Shown here: piece by piece, positions 28,174-36,659 of the stretch
Position numbering within the stretch: position 1 is the first letter of the stretch
Layout of the letters: each line of letters opens with the position of its first letter
NCBI GenBank assembly: GCA_027492205.1
Contig: JAOZFN010000007.1
Span: 155,278 to 219,277 of the forward strand
Length of the DNA stretch: 64,000 nucleotides
Source: Thermoproteota archaeon
GTDB taxonomy: Archaea > Korarchaeota > Korarchaeia > Korarchaeales > Korarchaeaceae
Direction: 5' to 3'
The notes under the pieces: generated by a model
Databases searched by the model: none
The model's input: only the letters and a program-made list of their open reading frames with translations
Told to the model about the DNA's origin: nothing
Made by a program: the position numbers and the translations under genes

Positions 28174-28227
28174 ACGCGTTTCCCCAGGGGACTGGGCCCG
28201 CCCACCTATAAAAGGTAGTTGTGGGGA

Positions 28228-29673
28228 TCAGTAGCTGCGTCCGATCCACGCCCTGTGCGGAGAAGGAGAGCCGCATACTATGCAGGGCCGCTCTTCTCCG
28301 CTCAGGGCTCCCTCCTCGTACCCCAGGATTCCGTAGCCTATCTCCTCCTCAACGGTGTGGGCGCACTCCTCCCGCCCGCACCAAGCGAAGCTAGCGAGCT
28401 TGCCCGCCGAGATGGCCTCTCGGATTTCGTCAAAGTTCTCCGCGTGCGTCAGCCTGCTCTCGAAGTACCTCTTAGCCTCTTCCCTGAGGGCGCTCTCGTA
28501 CTCCTCGAGCACCCGGCGGATGCCCTCAACCAGCTCCCGCTCTGGGATCTTGACGCGCTCGACTCTGTCCCTCCTCGCCACCGAGACGTAGCCTCCCTTG
28601 ACCTCCTGGGGCCCCACATCGATCTTCAGCGGGACTCCCCTGATGTCCCACTTGTAGTACTTGTAGCCCGGCCGCTCGTCCGACTCGTCTATCTCGACCC
28701 GGAATCCAGCCTCCTTAAGCCTCCGATAGAATTCCCTGGCCTTTGCGATGACGGGCTCCTTCTCTTCTGCCTTGGGAATCGGTATTACCACCATCTGCAC
28801 CGGCGCTATCTTGGGGGGGAGCTTCAGCCCCCTGTCGTCGCCGTGGATCGCGATTACTGCTGCCAGACTTCTCTCCGAGATCCCGAAGGAGGTAGTGTTC
28901 ACGTACCTCCGCTCCCCTTTCTCGTCCATGTAGGTCAGATCGTACGCCCTGGCGAAGAGATCCCCGAAGTTGATGACGCTACCCAGCTCGAGGGCCTTCC
29001 CGTCCGGCATTATGGTGATGAGGTCTATGTTGTACTTCGCGCCCGGGAAGGTGTCCCACGGGAGGGTTTTCACCACCAGGTACGGGACCATCAGCTCGTC
29101 GTAGAACTGGCGGTAGATCTTGACGCCCAGCTCGACCTGCTCGATCGCCTCCTCGAGGGTGGCGTGGAAGGTGTGACCCTCCTTGAAGAATGCTATCTCC
29201 CGGACCCTTATCAAGGGGCGGGTGGCCTTGGTCTCGAACCTGTACACGGGGACTATCTGGTATATCCTGAGCGGGAGGTCCGCGTAGCTCTGTATCCACC
29301 GTGATAGGACCTCATACATGATGGCCTCGCTCGTGGGTCTCAGAGCCAAGGGCTCTGGGGCGGGGCCGGTGCCCAACCGGGTGATCCAGTAAACCGAGTC
29401 CTGAAATCCCTTTATGAACTCGAACTCCCTCCCAAGGACGCTTTGTGGGACGACTCCCGGGAAGTAAACCCTCCTGTGGCCGGTCTCCCTCAGAAGTCGC
29501 TCCATTATGTCCATTACCGCCTCCATGATGGCGTAGCCGAAGGGCAGCCAGACGTACATTCCCTTAACTGGGTACCTCTCGTCCAAGATGCCCGACTTGA
29601 AGATGACCTCGTCGAACCACCTGGAGAAGTCCTCCTCCTTGGGGGTCAGCTCGAACGCCTTCCTCTCGGACAT
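28228..29673 (-). CDS. proS: Prolyl-tRNA synthetase (archaeal/eukaryotic type)
   Basis: RYPVKG, LRPTSE, RFETKATRPLIRVRE, FPGA, C-terminal Zn motif, GRSY terminus. Confidence 0.96.
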   Translation of the reverse strand: MSERKAFELTPKEEDFSRWFDEVIFKSGILDERYPVKGMYVWLPFGYAIMEAVMDIMERLLRETGHRRVYFPGVVPQSVLGREFEFIKGFQDSVYWITRLGTGPAPEPLALRPTSEAIMYEVLSRWIQSYADLPLRIYQIVPVYRFETKATRPLIRVREIAFFKEGHTFHATLEEAIEQVELGVKIYRQFYDELMVPYLVVKTLPWDTFPGAKYNIDLITIMPDGKALELGSVINFGDLFARAYDLTYMDEKGERRYVNTTSFGISERSLAAVIAIHGDDRGLKLPPKIAPVQMVVIPIPKAEEKEPVIAKAREFYRRLKEAGFRVEIDESDERPGYKYYKWDIRGVPLKIDVGPQEVKGGYVSVARRDRVERVKIPERELVEGIRRVLEEYESALREEAKRYFESRLTHAENFDEIREAISAGKLASFAWCGREECAHTVEEEIGYGILGYEEGALSGEERPCIVCGSPSPHRAWIGRSY

Positions 29674-29720
29674 GTGAGACCAACCCCGCCCTGCGCGACC
29701 CGCCCGGTATCTGCCCCAAA

Positions 29721-30359
29721 TTAAAGGATGCCACCCCTGGCATCAGCCAGCCTCTCCATAGACCTCAGCATGTTGTAGGTGGACCCGGGGAACTCGTCCT
29801 CCAGGGAGAAAACCAGGTCTAGCATGGGAGACGATCTCGTATTCTCCTGCTGGAAGGCAGCGGCCAGCTCCCAGCCCAGCACGTCGTAGAGGGGGAGAAC
29901 CACGTCCAACCCGTCAGGCGGATCTGGATACAGGAGACGGCCTCTCAGGAGCAGACACCCGCCCCTTCCAGAGATCCAGAGCAGGTTGTTGGCGACTGTC
30001 TCCTCCGCGGTCAGCGGGAGGACCACCTTCTCTATACCCCGCCGGGTGGCCTCTAAGATGGCGGTCTTGAGGTACAGGCAGTTGACGGGCCTCTCACCAT
30101 CCACGATCGCGAGGAACGATATCCTGACCTTCGGAAAGTCCCGCTCGACCTCGAGGAGCAAGCTCATCCCGAGCTCGTCGACCGTGACACCGCTCCTGAC
30201 GACCGCTAGGACGTTGGACTCGGGAGTCAGCAGCTGATACCTTGCTATTGCCCTCCTGACCTTATGATGGAGCGACTCTCGCAGGCATTGGAGGCAGAGC
30301 CTCTCTCCTGAGTACCTCCTGTGGTAGACCGCCTGCCTCCGCCCACAGGCCGTGCACAT
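29721..30359 (-). CDS. Shortened, degenerate TtuA/Ncs6-like protein
   Basis: MCTACG..AVY..RYSG.RLC..C zinc finger and KVRRAIARYQLL; PP-loop SGGKDS replaced by RSGVTVD. Confidence 0.65.
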   Translation of the reverse strand: MCTACGRRQAVYHRRYSGERLCLQCLRESLHHKVRRAIARYQLLTPESNVLAVVRSGVTVDELGMSLLLEVERDFPKVRISFLAIVDGERPVNCLYLKTAILEATRRGIEKVVLPLTAEETVANNLLWISGRGGCLLLRGRLLYPDPPDGLDVVLPLYDVLGWELAAAFQQENTRSSPMLDLVFSLEDEFPGSTYNMLRSMERLADARGGIL

Positions 30360-30414
30360 GGGGGTGCTCGACCGCGCGTTAAAGGGTGATCCCCGGGAGC
30401 GGCTCGGGGGGTTG

Positions 30415-31113
30415 ATGGGACTAAAACCTGAGCGGCGAGTGGTGTACGGTCCGGACAGGTGGAGGCTGCTGGATGAACTCAGGATCAGGGCCGAGGATGT
30501 CATGAGCCGCCTAGCCAGCGCGGGCCAGCCGTCCCTGGTCTACGGGAGCGTGGCCAGGGGCGATGTGGACGAGAAGAGCGACGTCGATGTGGTGATCCTG
30601 AGGCCTAGGCTCCCTGCGTCCACTATCGAGATGATCCTCAGGGAGGAGTTAGGCGACCCGGTGAGGAGGGAGATAACGCAGGCTACGCCCTCCAGCGCCG
30701 TCAAGGGATACATCCACTTCGATGGAAACGTGGTCGTCTCGCTTCCCTTAACTGGCCTGGGAGAGAGGGAGGAGGAATTCTACCGGTTTGGCGGCTGCCT
30801 GGACCTGGAGGGGCTTAGAAATTGTGAGCGCGCTCCCGGAGTAAACAAAGAACTCATGCTGATAATACCGACCCCTGAGGGACACGCAGAAGTTTCGGTG
30901 AGGGGTAGGGAGGAGGTCGTCGCAAGGGTTCTGGGCATTTCGGTGGGTACCGTCGAGGAGAGAGTTCGGGTGCTGACCGAGAGGAGAATTCGAGGGAAGA
31001 CCGGGCTCTACGTTCACTACACCCTCGGGCTCAACGAGAGCTTCGAAGGCGCGCTGAAGAGGCTGGCCAGCGTGAAGAAGGGGCTTAGGAGGAGGCTCGG
31101 AGAATTGTTTTGA
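30415..31113 (+). CDS. Archaeal Pol-beta-like nucleotidyltransferase (COG2413-like)
   Basis: YGSVARGDVDEKSDVD, QATP, EFYRFGG, GVNKEL, ERVRVL. Confidence 0.85.
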   Translation: MGLKPERRVVYGPDRWRLLDELRIRAEDVMSRLASAGQPSLVYGSVARGDVDEKSDVDVVILRPRLPASTIEMILREELGDPVRREITQATPSSAVKGYIHFDGNVVVSLPLTGLGEREEEFYRFGGCLDLEGLRNCERAPGVNKELMLIIPTPEGHAEVSVRGREEVVARVLGISVGTVEERVRVLTERRIRGKTGLYVHYTLGLNESFEGALKRLASVKKGLRRRLGELF

Positions 31114-31162
31114 GCGGCGGCAGCGAGATAGCTCAGACGCGTGCCTCTTCTGGCGAGGAGCC

Positions 31163-31459
31163 ATGAGGGGAGTCTTTGCGGCTGCGCTGTCGGCCCTGCT
31201 GATCTTGCCCACCATCAGCGTAGTCGCCTGCGCCAGTCCCGGAATATCTCACTCTCGGGCCTTCGAGGGGTTCAAGGCGGAGCTGATTGAGATACTATCC
31301 TTCTTGAAGGAGACGGCGCTTGAGATAGGGAGAATTCTCTCGGGCACCCTGATAGCGTTGGGAGTCGTGCTTTGGGCATCCGACGTGTTCTCCTACAAGG
31401 GGAGGAAGCTCATCACGTCGGGCGTGATACTCTACTTCATCCTCGAACTCTTGGGCTAG
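31163..31459 (+). CDS. Small membrane protein, VirB2/TrbC/CedA1-like pilin candidate
   Basis: Signal-like N-terminus, amphipathic helix, two TM helices joined by a basic KGRK loop. Confidence 0.55.
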   Translation: MRGVFAAALSALLILPTISVVACASPGISHSRAFEGFKAELIEILSFLKETALEIGRILSGTLIALGVVLWASDVFSYKGRKLITSGVILYFILELLG

Positions 31460-31474
31460 GCAAGGCCCGGCGCC

Positions 31475-32554
31475 CTACTCGGAAACCGGGAAGCGGAGGA
31501 AGGCTACAATCCCCCCGAGGGAGTCAAGCATCTGCCCAGGCTCTGAGTCCGAGTCCAATATGCGGAAGTTGGCCCTGGTCCGCCTGCACATCTCCAACAT
31601 CCGCATCGCCTCGTCCCTTGTGGACGGGTCGAACAGCAACTTGCTGGACAGCAGCATGATCTCCACGGCGCCAAGTGACAGGGCTTTTGAGACCTGCTCG
31701 AGTCCGTAGGTGACGAGTCCGGAGCCCTTGGACAGCTCGCGGAGGAAGTCCTGGAGGAGACCCGCGTCCCTCGAGATGGATAGCTCTCTGGCCACTCTGT
31801 CAATCTCCCCCCTGCGAAGAACCTCGTAGATTCCGCTGAGCGTTGCGGACGACGAGTCGACCACCCTGATCAGGTTCGCCAGCTCGGGCGACCTCTCCTC
31901 GATGAACCTCGCAAGCTCCTCCTTGAAGAAGCCCGGTCCCGTCAGCACTATGGCCTCCGGAGAGTACCTCTCTGCAAGTCTCTCCAGTAGCTCAGCAAGC
32001 TCTCGCTGAAACTCCCTATTCAGCGCGCTCTGAATCCTCTTTGAGCGGAGGTTCGCTGTTCTGGACGCTCTCAGCGACGCCTCGGGTGCGACCCGAAAGT
32101 CTGAGATCACGGCGACAACCGCGTCCCTGTCGTCCAAGGCGACGGTCAGGACCTTGGGCGATAGGGTCGACCTCTCTGCCCTGTCCAGGAATTCCAAGAG
32201 CGTGTCGCTCCAGGACTCCTTCTGGATCGTGAGCCGCGACCCCGGAGAGATGTCCAGGGAGTGGTGCTTCCCCTGAATCCCCAACCACTCCGGGGCCCTC
32301 CTGACCACGCCGAGGACTCGAAGCGAAGCCCCCCTGGGGCCGACCTCAACCTTCTCCACCTCGATCGTCAGCGTAACCGGAACGCGCTCTCCGCTGTCCG
32401 CCCTCTGCTGACCCTCGGGCTTGTACCTCCGCGTCGTCCGGGCGGTTATCAGGTCGCCAGGTTTGATTATGAGGGACAGCCAGTAGAGGTCCTCCTGGCC
32501 GTCGACCTTCACAGTCACTATGCCCCTTCTTTCGTCCCTCTTCAGTACCCTCAT
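31475..32554 (-). CDS. pelA: Pelota/Dom34 ribosome rescue factor
   Basis: EDLYWL...I.PGD, T.R, GKHHS, GPGFFKE, YG..V..A...GAVE, LGGIVAFLRF. Confidence 0.93.
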   Translation of the reverse strand: MRVLKRDERRGIVTVKVDGQEDLYWLSLIIKPGDLITARTTRRYKPEGQQRADSGERVPVTLTIEVEKVEVGPRGASLRVLGVVRRAPEWLGIQGKHHSLDISPGSRLTIQKESWSDTLLEFLDRAERSTLSPKVLTVALDDRDAVVAVISDFRVAPEASLRASRTANLRSKRIQSALNREFQRELAELLERLAERYSPEAIVLTGPGFFKEELARFIEERSPELANLIRVVDSSSATLSGIYEVLRRGEIDRVARELSISRDAGLLQDFLRELSKGSGLVTYGLEQVSKALSLGAVEIMLLSSKLLFDPSTRDEAMRMLEMCRRTRANFRILDSDSEPGQMLDSLGGIVAFLRFPVSE

Positions 32555-32572
32555 GCGGATCACGCGTTGGAC

Positions 32573-33868
32573 CTACTCCAGCGTGTAGACCTTCAACCCA
32601 ACGGGTATCCTGCTCAGCTCGTAGGTCCTTCTACCGACTATCACCCTGATCCCAGAGAGGTGCGCCTTGTCCACAATTCGCTGAGTAACGTTCCCATCGT
32701 ACACGAGGTACTTCGCTCCGTCAACCGAGTCCAGCTGCTCGTGCAGGTCGCTCACCCTTACCTCCTTCACCTTTTTCATGTCCTCGGACAGGAGGATCGC
32801 CCTTCCGCTGGAGATTGCCTCTTTAACCCAGTCTCTGAACTCCTTGGGGATCCGCTTCTCCCACAGCTCCTCAACCGGAGGAGGTCCGGCGTGCTTCGTC
32901 ACGGCGGATCCCGCCTGAGGTTGTTGAATCTCCGCGGGAGCCTGAGGCGGGGGTGGCCTACTCACGGGCTTGGGGATCCCCATCCTCTCCCGCTCTTCGG
33001 ACGCTGGAACTGCAGACTCAAGCGCCTTCCTGATCTCCTTGGCCGTGAGGTCTTGCACGCCCTTGCCAGGGGGGGCCCTAGCGACGTAGTCCACATCCGT
33101 CTGCTCCAAGAGGGCCCTGAGAACCATCTCCCCTCCGCGATCCCCGTCAACGAAGGCTATGGCGTCCTTCTGGGCTATCAGCTTCACCACCGTGTCGGGG
33201 ACCCTCTCGACGGCCCCGCCGACCGATATGACGTTGGTCCAGCCGTACCTCAGCATGTTTACGACGTCCGCCCGGCCCTCCACGACTATCAGCTCCTCGG
33301 ACTCGTCCACCCCAGGGCCGGCTGGGAGCCTTTCTGGGCCGTAAAAGACCACCTCTTCGCGGGAGGCCTCCCTCAGGATCTTGTCAAGCAAGTCCTTGGA
33401 CGACTCCGCTGCCTGGCTCCTCCACTCCTTGAGTATCTCCACGGCCCTCTTAGCAATAAATCTCCTCTTCTCCTCACGTTCATCTGTAATTTTTCTCAAT
33501 TTGACCTTTGCAGTATAAGGTCCAACACGATCAACGCTCTCCATGGCGGCGGCGATAATGGCCGTCCGGGCCTTGTCTAGGCTGCAGCCGACCTGAATGA
33601 CGCCCCTTGTCTTGGCGCCCTCGTTCTTGAGGTGAACCTTTATCCTGCCTATCTTTCCTGTCCTCTGGAGCTCTCTCAGCTCTAGCTCGGGCCCTATAAG
33701 ACCCTCAAGCTGACCGAACAGCGCCCCTATAACGTCGCTGTCGTCCACATGACCGTTAACGACTATGTCGAGGTGGATCAGGTACTTGGGGTGGTGCTCT
33801 GCGTCCCTGTTCCTGTTCCCAGGGGGCCTCGACTCGAACCCAGGGGAATTCCTCAAGTCAAACATCAC
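32573..33868 (-). CDS. dnaG: Archaeal DnaG (exosome-associated primase-like)
   Basis: DVIGALFGQLEGL, LRELQRTGKIGRI, VEGRADV, DGDRGG (TOPRIM), DGNVTQRIVD. Confidence 0.95.
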   Translation of the reverse strand: MMFDLRNSPGFESRPPGNRNRDAEHHPKYLIHLDIVVNGHVDDSDVIGALFGQLEGLIGPELELRELQRTGKIGRIKVHLKNEGAKTRGVIQVGCSLDKARTAIIAAAMESVDRVGPYTAKVKLRKITDEREEKRRFIAKRAVEILKEWRSQAAESSKDLLDKILREASREEVVFYGPERLPAGPGVDESEELIVVEGRADVVNMLRYGWTNVISVGGAVERVPDTVVKLIAQKDAIAFVDGDRGGEMVLRALLEQTDVDYVARAPPGKGVQDLTAKEIRKALESAVPASEERERMGIPKPVSRPPPPQAPAEIQQPQAGSAVTKHAGPPPVEELWEKRIPKEFRDWVKEAISSGRAILLSEDMKKVKEVRVSDLHEQLDSVDGAKYLVYDGNVTQRIVDKAHLSGIRVIVGRRTYELSRIPVGLKVYTLE

Positions 33869-33991
33869 CTCTCCTCAAGCGGGTATTGAGCCTGGAACGG
33901 CGCCCAGACTCCTCCAACCACCCAATCAATTGCGATTGATCATCAAACTCGACCGATAACACTCCCTTCAACACCCGGTCTGAGAGGGGGT

Positions 33992-34076
33992 TGTGCGCCT
34001 GCCAACTAATCCCGCGGGCTCACCGGTCGGCCCACGCCGTCCTCCCTCGCCCGGGGTCATGCAGTGGCAGGCGCCA
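33992..34076 (-). ncRNA. H/ACA-like guide sRNA with K-turn
   Basis: Perfect 10-bp stem GCGCCTGCCA/TGGCAGGCGC followed directly by ACA; internal loop; K-turn CGGGC-GA-GG / CC-GGT-GA-GCCCG; TATA TTAAATTT about 25 nt upstream. Confidence 0.72.
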
Positions 34077-34102
34077 TGCCTATTCTCTCAGGGACCCCAA
34101 AT

Positions 34103-35182
34103 TTAACGGTTCCTGAACACGAGCGCGTCGGCAAGCTCTGAGAGGAGCTGTAAGAACTCTGGGTCTGCAGCTCCCTCAAGGGATTTCAAGGCAGCCTTAG
34201 ACTCCTCCAAGAGTTCTATTGCCTTCGAGCGTGCATAGTCGAGCGAGCCAGTCTTTCTCACCACGTTCCTGACGAAGTCTACATCTTCGTCGCCTGCAGA
34301 CGGGTTGCCCAAGATGCTCAGCATCCTATCCCTCTCCTGAGGAGAGCAGCGCTCTAAAGCCCGTATTATTAGGATGGTACGCTTTCCCTCCTTCACGTCC
34401 GAGTCCGCTGGCTTGCCCGTAACCTTTGGGTCTCCGAACAGCCCCAGAATGTCGTCCACTATCTGGAACGCCACCCCCACCTTGTGCCCGTAATCGTCAA
34501 GGTGTCTGAGGAGCGAGTCCGGCGCGCCGGCTAGAATGGCTCCCATCTTAAGGGAGGCCGCGAAGAGGGCGCCTGTCTTGAGAGAGAGCATCCTGAGCAC
34601 CGCCTGCTCATCTGGCACCTCCTCGCTGCAGCTCAGGTAGAGGTCCAGCAGCTGACCCTCAATCAGCCTCCTGTAGGCCTCGACATACTCGACGGCCGCG
34701 GCGTTGGCCCTGCCAAATGGAAATCCGGACTTAAGGAGGGTCTCAATCCCCAGCCCCAGCAGGCTGTCGCCTCCGAGGATACCGATCGAGATCCCAATGT
34801 TGGATGGAGCTCTCTCCACCCCCAGCGATGCGAACCAGTCGCGCCCAAGGACGTGAAAGGCCGGCCCACCCCTCCTCGTCAGGCTCTCATCCATGATGTC
34901 GTCGTGGATCAGAGAAGACGCGTGGAGGAGCTCGACGGATATGGCCGCCCGGTAGATGCCCTCGTGGTCCCCTCCGAATCCCCTGTACGCCGCCACCACC
35001 GACAGGGGCCTTAACCTCTTTCCTCCCCTCAAGAGGTACTCTGTGAGCTTTTCGTAGTAGTCTGAGGTCTCACGGGACGGAGATTCAGCGCTAATCTCCT
35101 GCATGAACCTTGAAATCTCCTCGTTAATGCGGCCCTTGTTCTCCGAGATGAAAGCCTCGAGTATTCCGGTCATCTCACCCAC
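34103..35182 (-). CDS. Polyprenyl diphosphate (GGPP) synthase
   Basis: GGKRLRP, HDDIMD, RRG, GQLLD, KTG, FQIVDDILG, EGKRT. Confidence 0.93.
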   Translation of the reverse strand: MGEMTGILEAFISENKGRINEEISRFMQEISAESPSRETSDYYEKLTEYLLRGGKRLRPLSVVAAYRGFGGDHEGIYRAAISVELLHASSLIHDDIMDESLTRRGGPAFHVLGRDWFASLGVERAPSNIGISIGILGGDSLLGLGIETLLKSGFPFGRANAAAVEYVEAYRRLIEGQLLDLYLSCSEEVPDEQAVLRMLSLKTGALFAASLKMGAILAGAPDSLLRHLDDYGHKVGVAFQIVDDILGLFGDPKVTGKPADSDVKEGKRTILIIRALERCSPQERDRMLSILGNPSAGDEDVDFVRNVVRKTGSLDYARSKAIELLEESKAALKSLEGAADPEFLQLLSELADALVFRNR

Positions 35183-35252
35183 ACCGTCTCGCCAACGCCT
35201 ATCGAAAACCAGTTTTTAAAACGCAACCGACGGGCTCGGGAGGTGACCTCGC

Positions 35253-36389
35253 CTGCCGCCAAATGAATTGGATCCTTGGTCCAGCGACCTAATTCAAGAC
35301 TACAAAAGACTAGTGGAGCAATTCGGTCTATCCGAGATTAGAGACGATCACTTAGAGTTCTTCGGGGACGCGCCCTTCTTCCGCCGCAGGATAATCTTCG
35401 CACACCGCGACTTGGATGTGATAGCCGAGGCCATCAGGACCGGGAAGGAGTATGCGGTCCTGACTGGGATAAAGCCCACGGGGGAGTACCACCTTGGAAC
35501 GTTTCAGACCGTGAAGGAGTTCGTGTACTTCCAAAGGAAGTCGAGAAGCGCCGTAGCCTTGTTCTCGATAGCCGACGTAGAGGCGTGGGAGGACAACGGG
35601 CAGGACTTTGACGTCAGCAGGAAGGTGGCCGTCAGCAACGTGGCCGACCTCCTGGCAGCGGGCCTGGACCCCGAGAGGTCCTACATCTACTTTCAGAGCA
35701 AGGAGATCAGGGTACACGAGATAGCGGCCCTGGCCGCTAGAGGGATCACCCTGGCGACGATGAAGGCGGTGTACGGCGAGAGGCACATGGGGCTATATCT
35801 GTCGGCCCTGGTCCAGATAGGGGACATCCTCCTCCCCCAGCATCCCGACTTGGGTGGGCCTAAGCCCACAATAGTGCCCGTCGGCGTGGACCAGGACCCC
35901 CACCTCCGCCTAACGAGGGATGTCACCGCCAAGCTGAGGTCAAAGTGGGGTTTCATGGAGCCCTCCTCCACGTACCACCTGATCATCAGGAGCCTGCTGG
36001 GCGACAAGAAGATGTCCAAGCGTGACCCCATGAGCTACATAAGCCTGAGAGACGACGAGGACCTGGTTCGCAGGAAGATTCTGAACGCGTTCACGGGAGG
36101 TCGGGAGACGGCGAAGCTCCAGCGGGAGCTCGGCGGAGAGCCTTGGCGGTGCGTGGTGTATGAGATAGCTAAGTTCCACCTCTTCCCAGAGGGGGACCCT
36201 GAGCTTGAGAGGATCTACAGAGAGTGTGTTAACGGGGAGCGGCTCTGCGGCGAGTGTAAGGCACAGATAACTGAAGAGCTGCTCAGAGAAATGCGTGAGC
36301 ACGAGAAGAGAAGGGCGGAGGTTCTCCCACTCGCCAAAAAGATCGTTGAGAGGGCGTCCAGGCGCCAACCTTTATATAGCCTGGCCTGA
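35253..36389 (+). CDS. trpS: Tryptophanyl-tRNA synthetase, probable CTG start
   Basis: LDPW, RRRIIFAHRD, TGIKPTG.YHLG, PVGVDQDPH, KMSK, AFTGG; SD GGAGGTGA, 6 nt, then CTG (alternative TTG at 35268). Confidence 0.95.
   Translation: MPPNELDPWSSDLIQDYKRLVEQFGLSEIRDDHLEFFGDAPFFRRRIIFAHRDLDVIAEAIRTGKEYAVLTGIKPTGEYHLGTFQTVKEFVYFQRKSRSAVALFSIADVEAWEDNGQDFDVSRKVAVSNVADLLAAGLDPERSYIYFQSKEIRVHEIAALAARGITLATMKAVYGERHMGLYLSALVQIGDILLPQHPDLGGPKPTIVPVGVDQDPHLRLTRDVTAKLRSKWGFMEPSSTYHLIIRSLLGDKKMSKRDPMSYISLRDDEDLVRRKILNAFTGGRETAKLQRELGGEPWRCVVYEIAKFHLFPEGDPELERIYRECVNGERLCGECKAQITEELLREMREHEKRRAEVLPLAKKIVERASRRQPLYSLA
36371..36378 (+). promoter_or_regulatory. TATA box for eS17 inside the trpS 3' end
   Basis: TTTATATA about 30 nt before the eS17 ATG. 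Confidence 0.55.
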
Positions 36390-36409
36390 TGGGCTCGCGG
36401 AGAGGGCCC

Positions 36410-36613
36410 ATGGGAACAGTCAGGGAGAAGGCCATAAAGAGAATGGCCTACAAGCTCGTCAAGCAGTATCCCGAGCTCTGGACCACGGACTTTGAGCACA
36501 ACAAGAGGATCCTTCAGAGGATAGCTGACGTGCGGTCCAAGGTGTACAGAAACCGGGTGGCCGGCTACATAACCAGACTCAAGAAGAGGGAGCTTCAGGG
36601 AACCCTAGTCTGA
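36410..36613 (+). CDS. rps17e: Ribosomal protein eS17
   Basis: MGTVR, DFEHNK, SKVYRNRVAGYIT. Confidence 0.96.
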   Translation: MGTVREKAIKRMAYKLVKQYPELWTTDFEHNKRILQRIADVRSKVYRNRVAGYITRLKKRELQGTLV

Positions 36614-36659
36614 TTCCACTCCTCTCCCGGCTGGATTCCCTCCCTTTCAACCGTTTCGC

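Noticed and set aside
30352-30503. Apparent head-to-head overlap of the TtuA-like and nucleotidyltransferase ORFs
   Set aside because: Artefact of longest-ORF calling. Likely starts at 30359 (minus) and 30412/30415 (plus) leave a gap with a TTAAA element.
32261-33580. 439-aa plus-strand ORF opposite dnaG/pelota, and the similar 361-aa ORF opposite proS
   Set aside because: Shadow ORFs fully overlapping well-conserved genes.
33905-33950. TGATGA as the C box of a second C/D sRNA
   Set aside because: No well-placed CTGA D box or terminal stem.
33995-34074. Plus-strand reading of the hairpin, whose loop strands would pair with a remembered 23S motif (GCAUGAAUGGAUUA)
   Set aside because: The K-turn, ACA box and TATA box are all on the minus strand, and the rRNA sequence is not available to verify; treated as coincidence.
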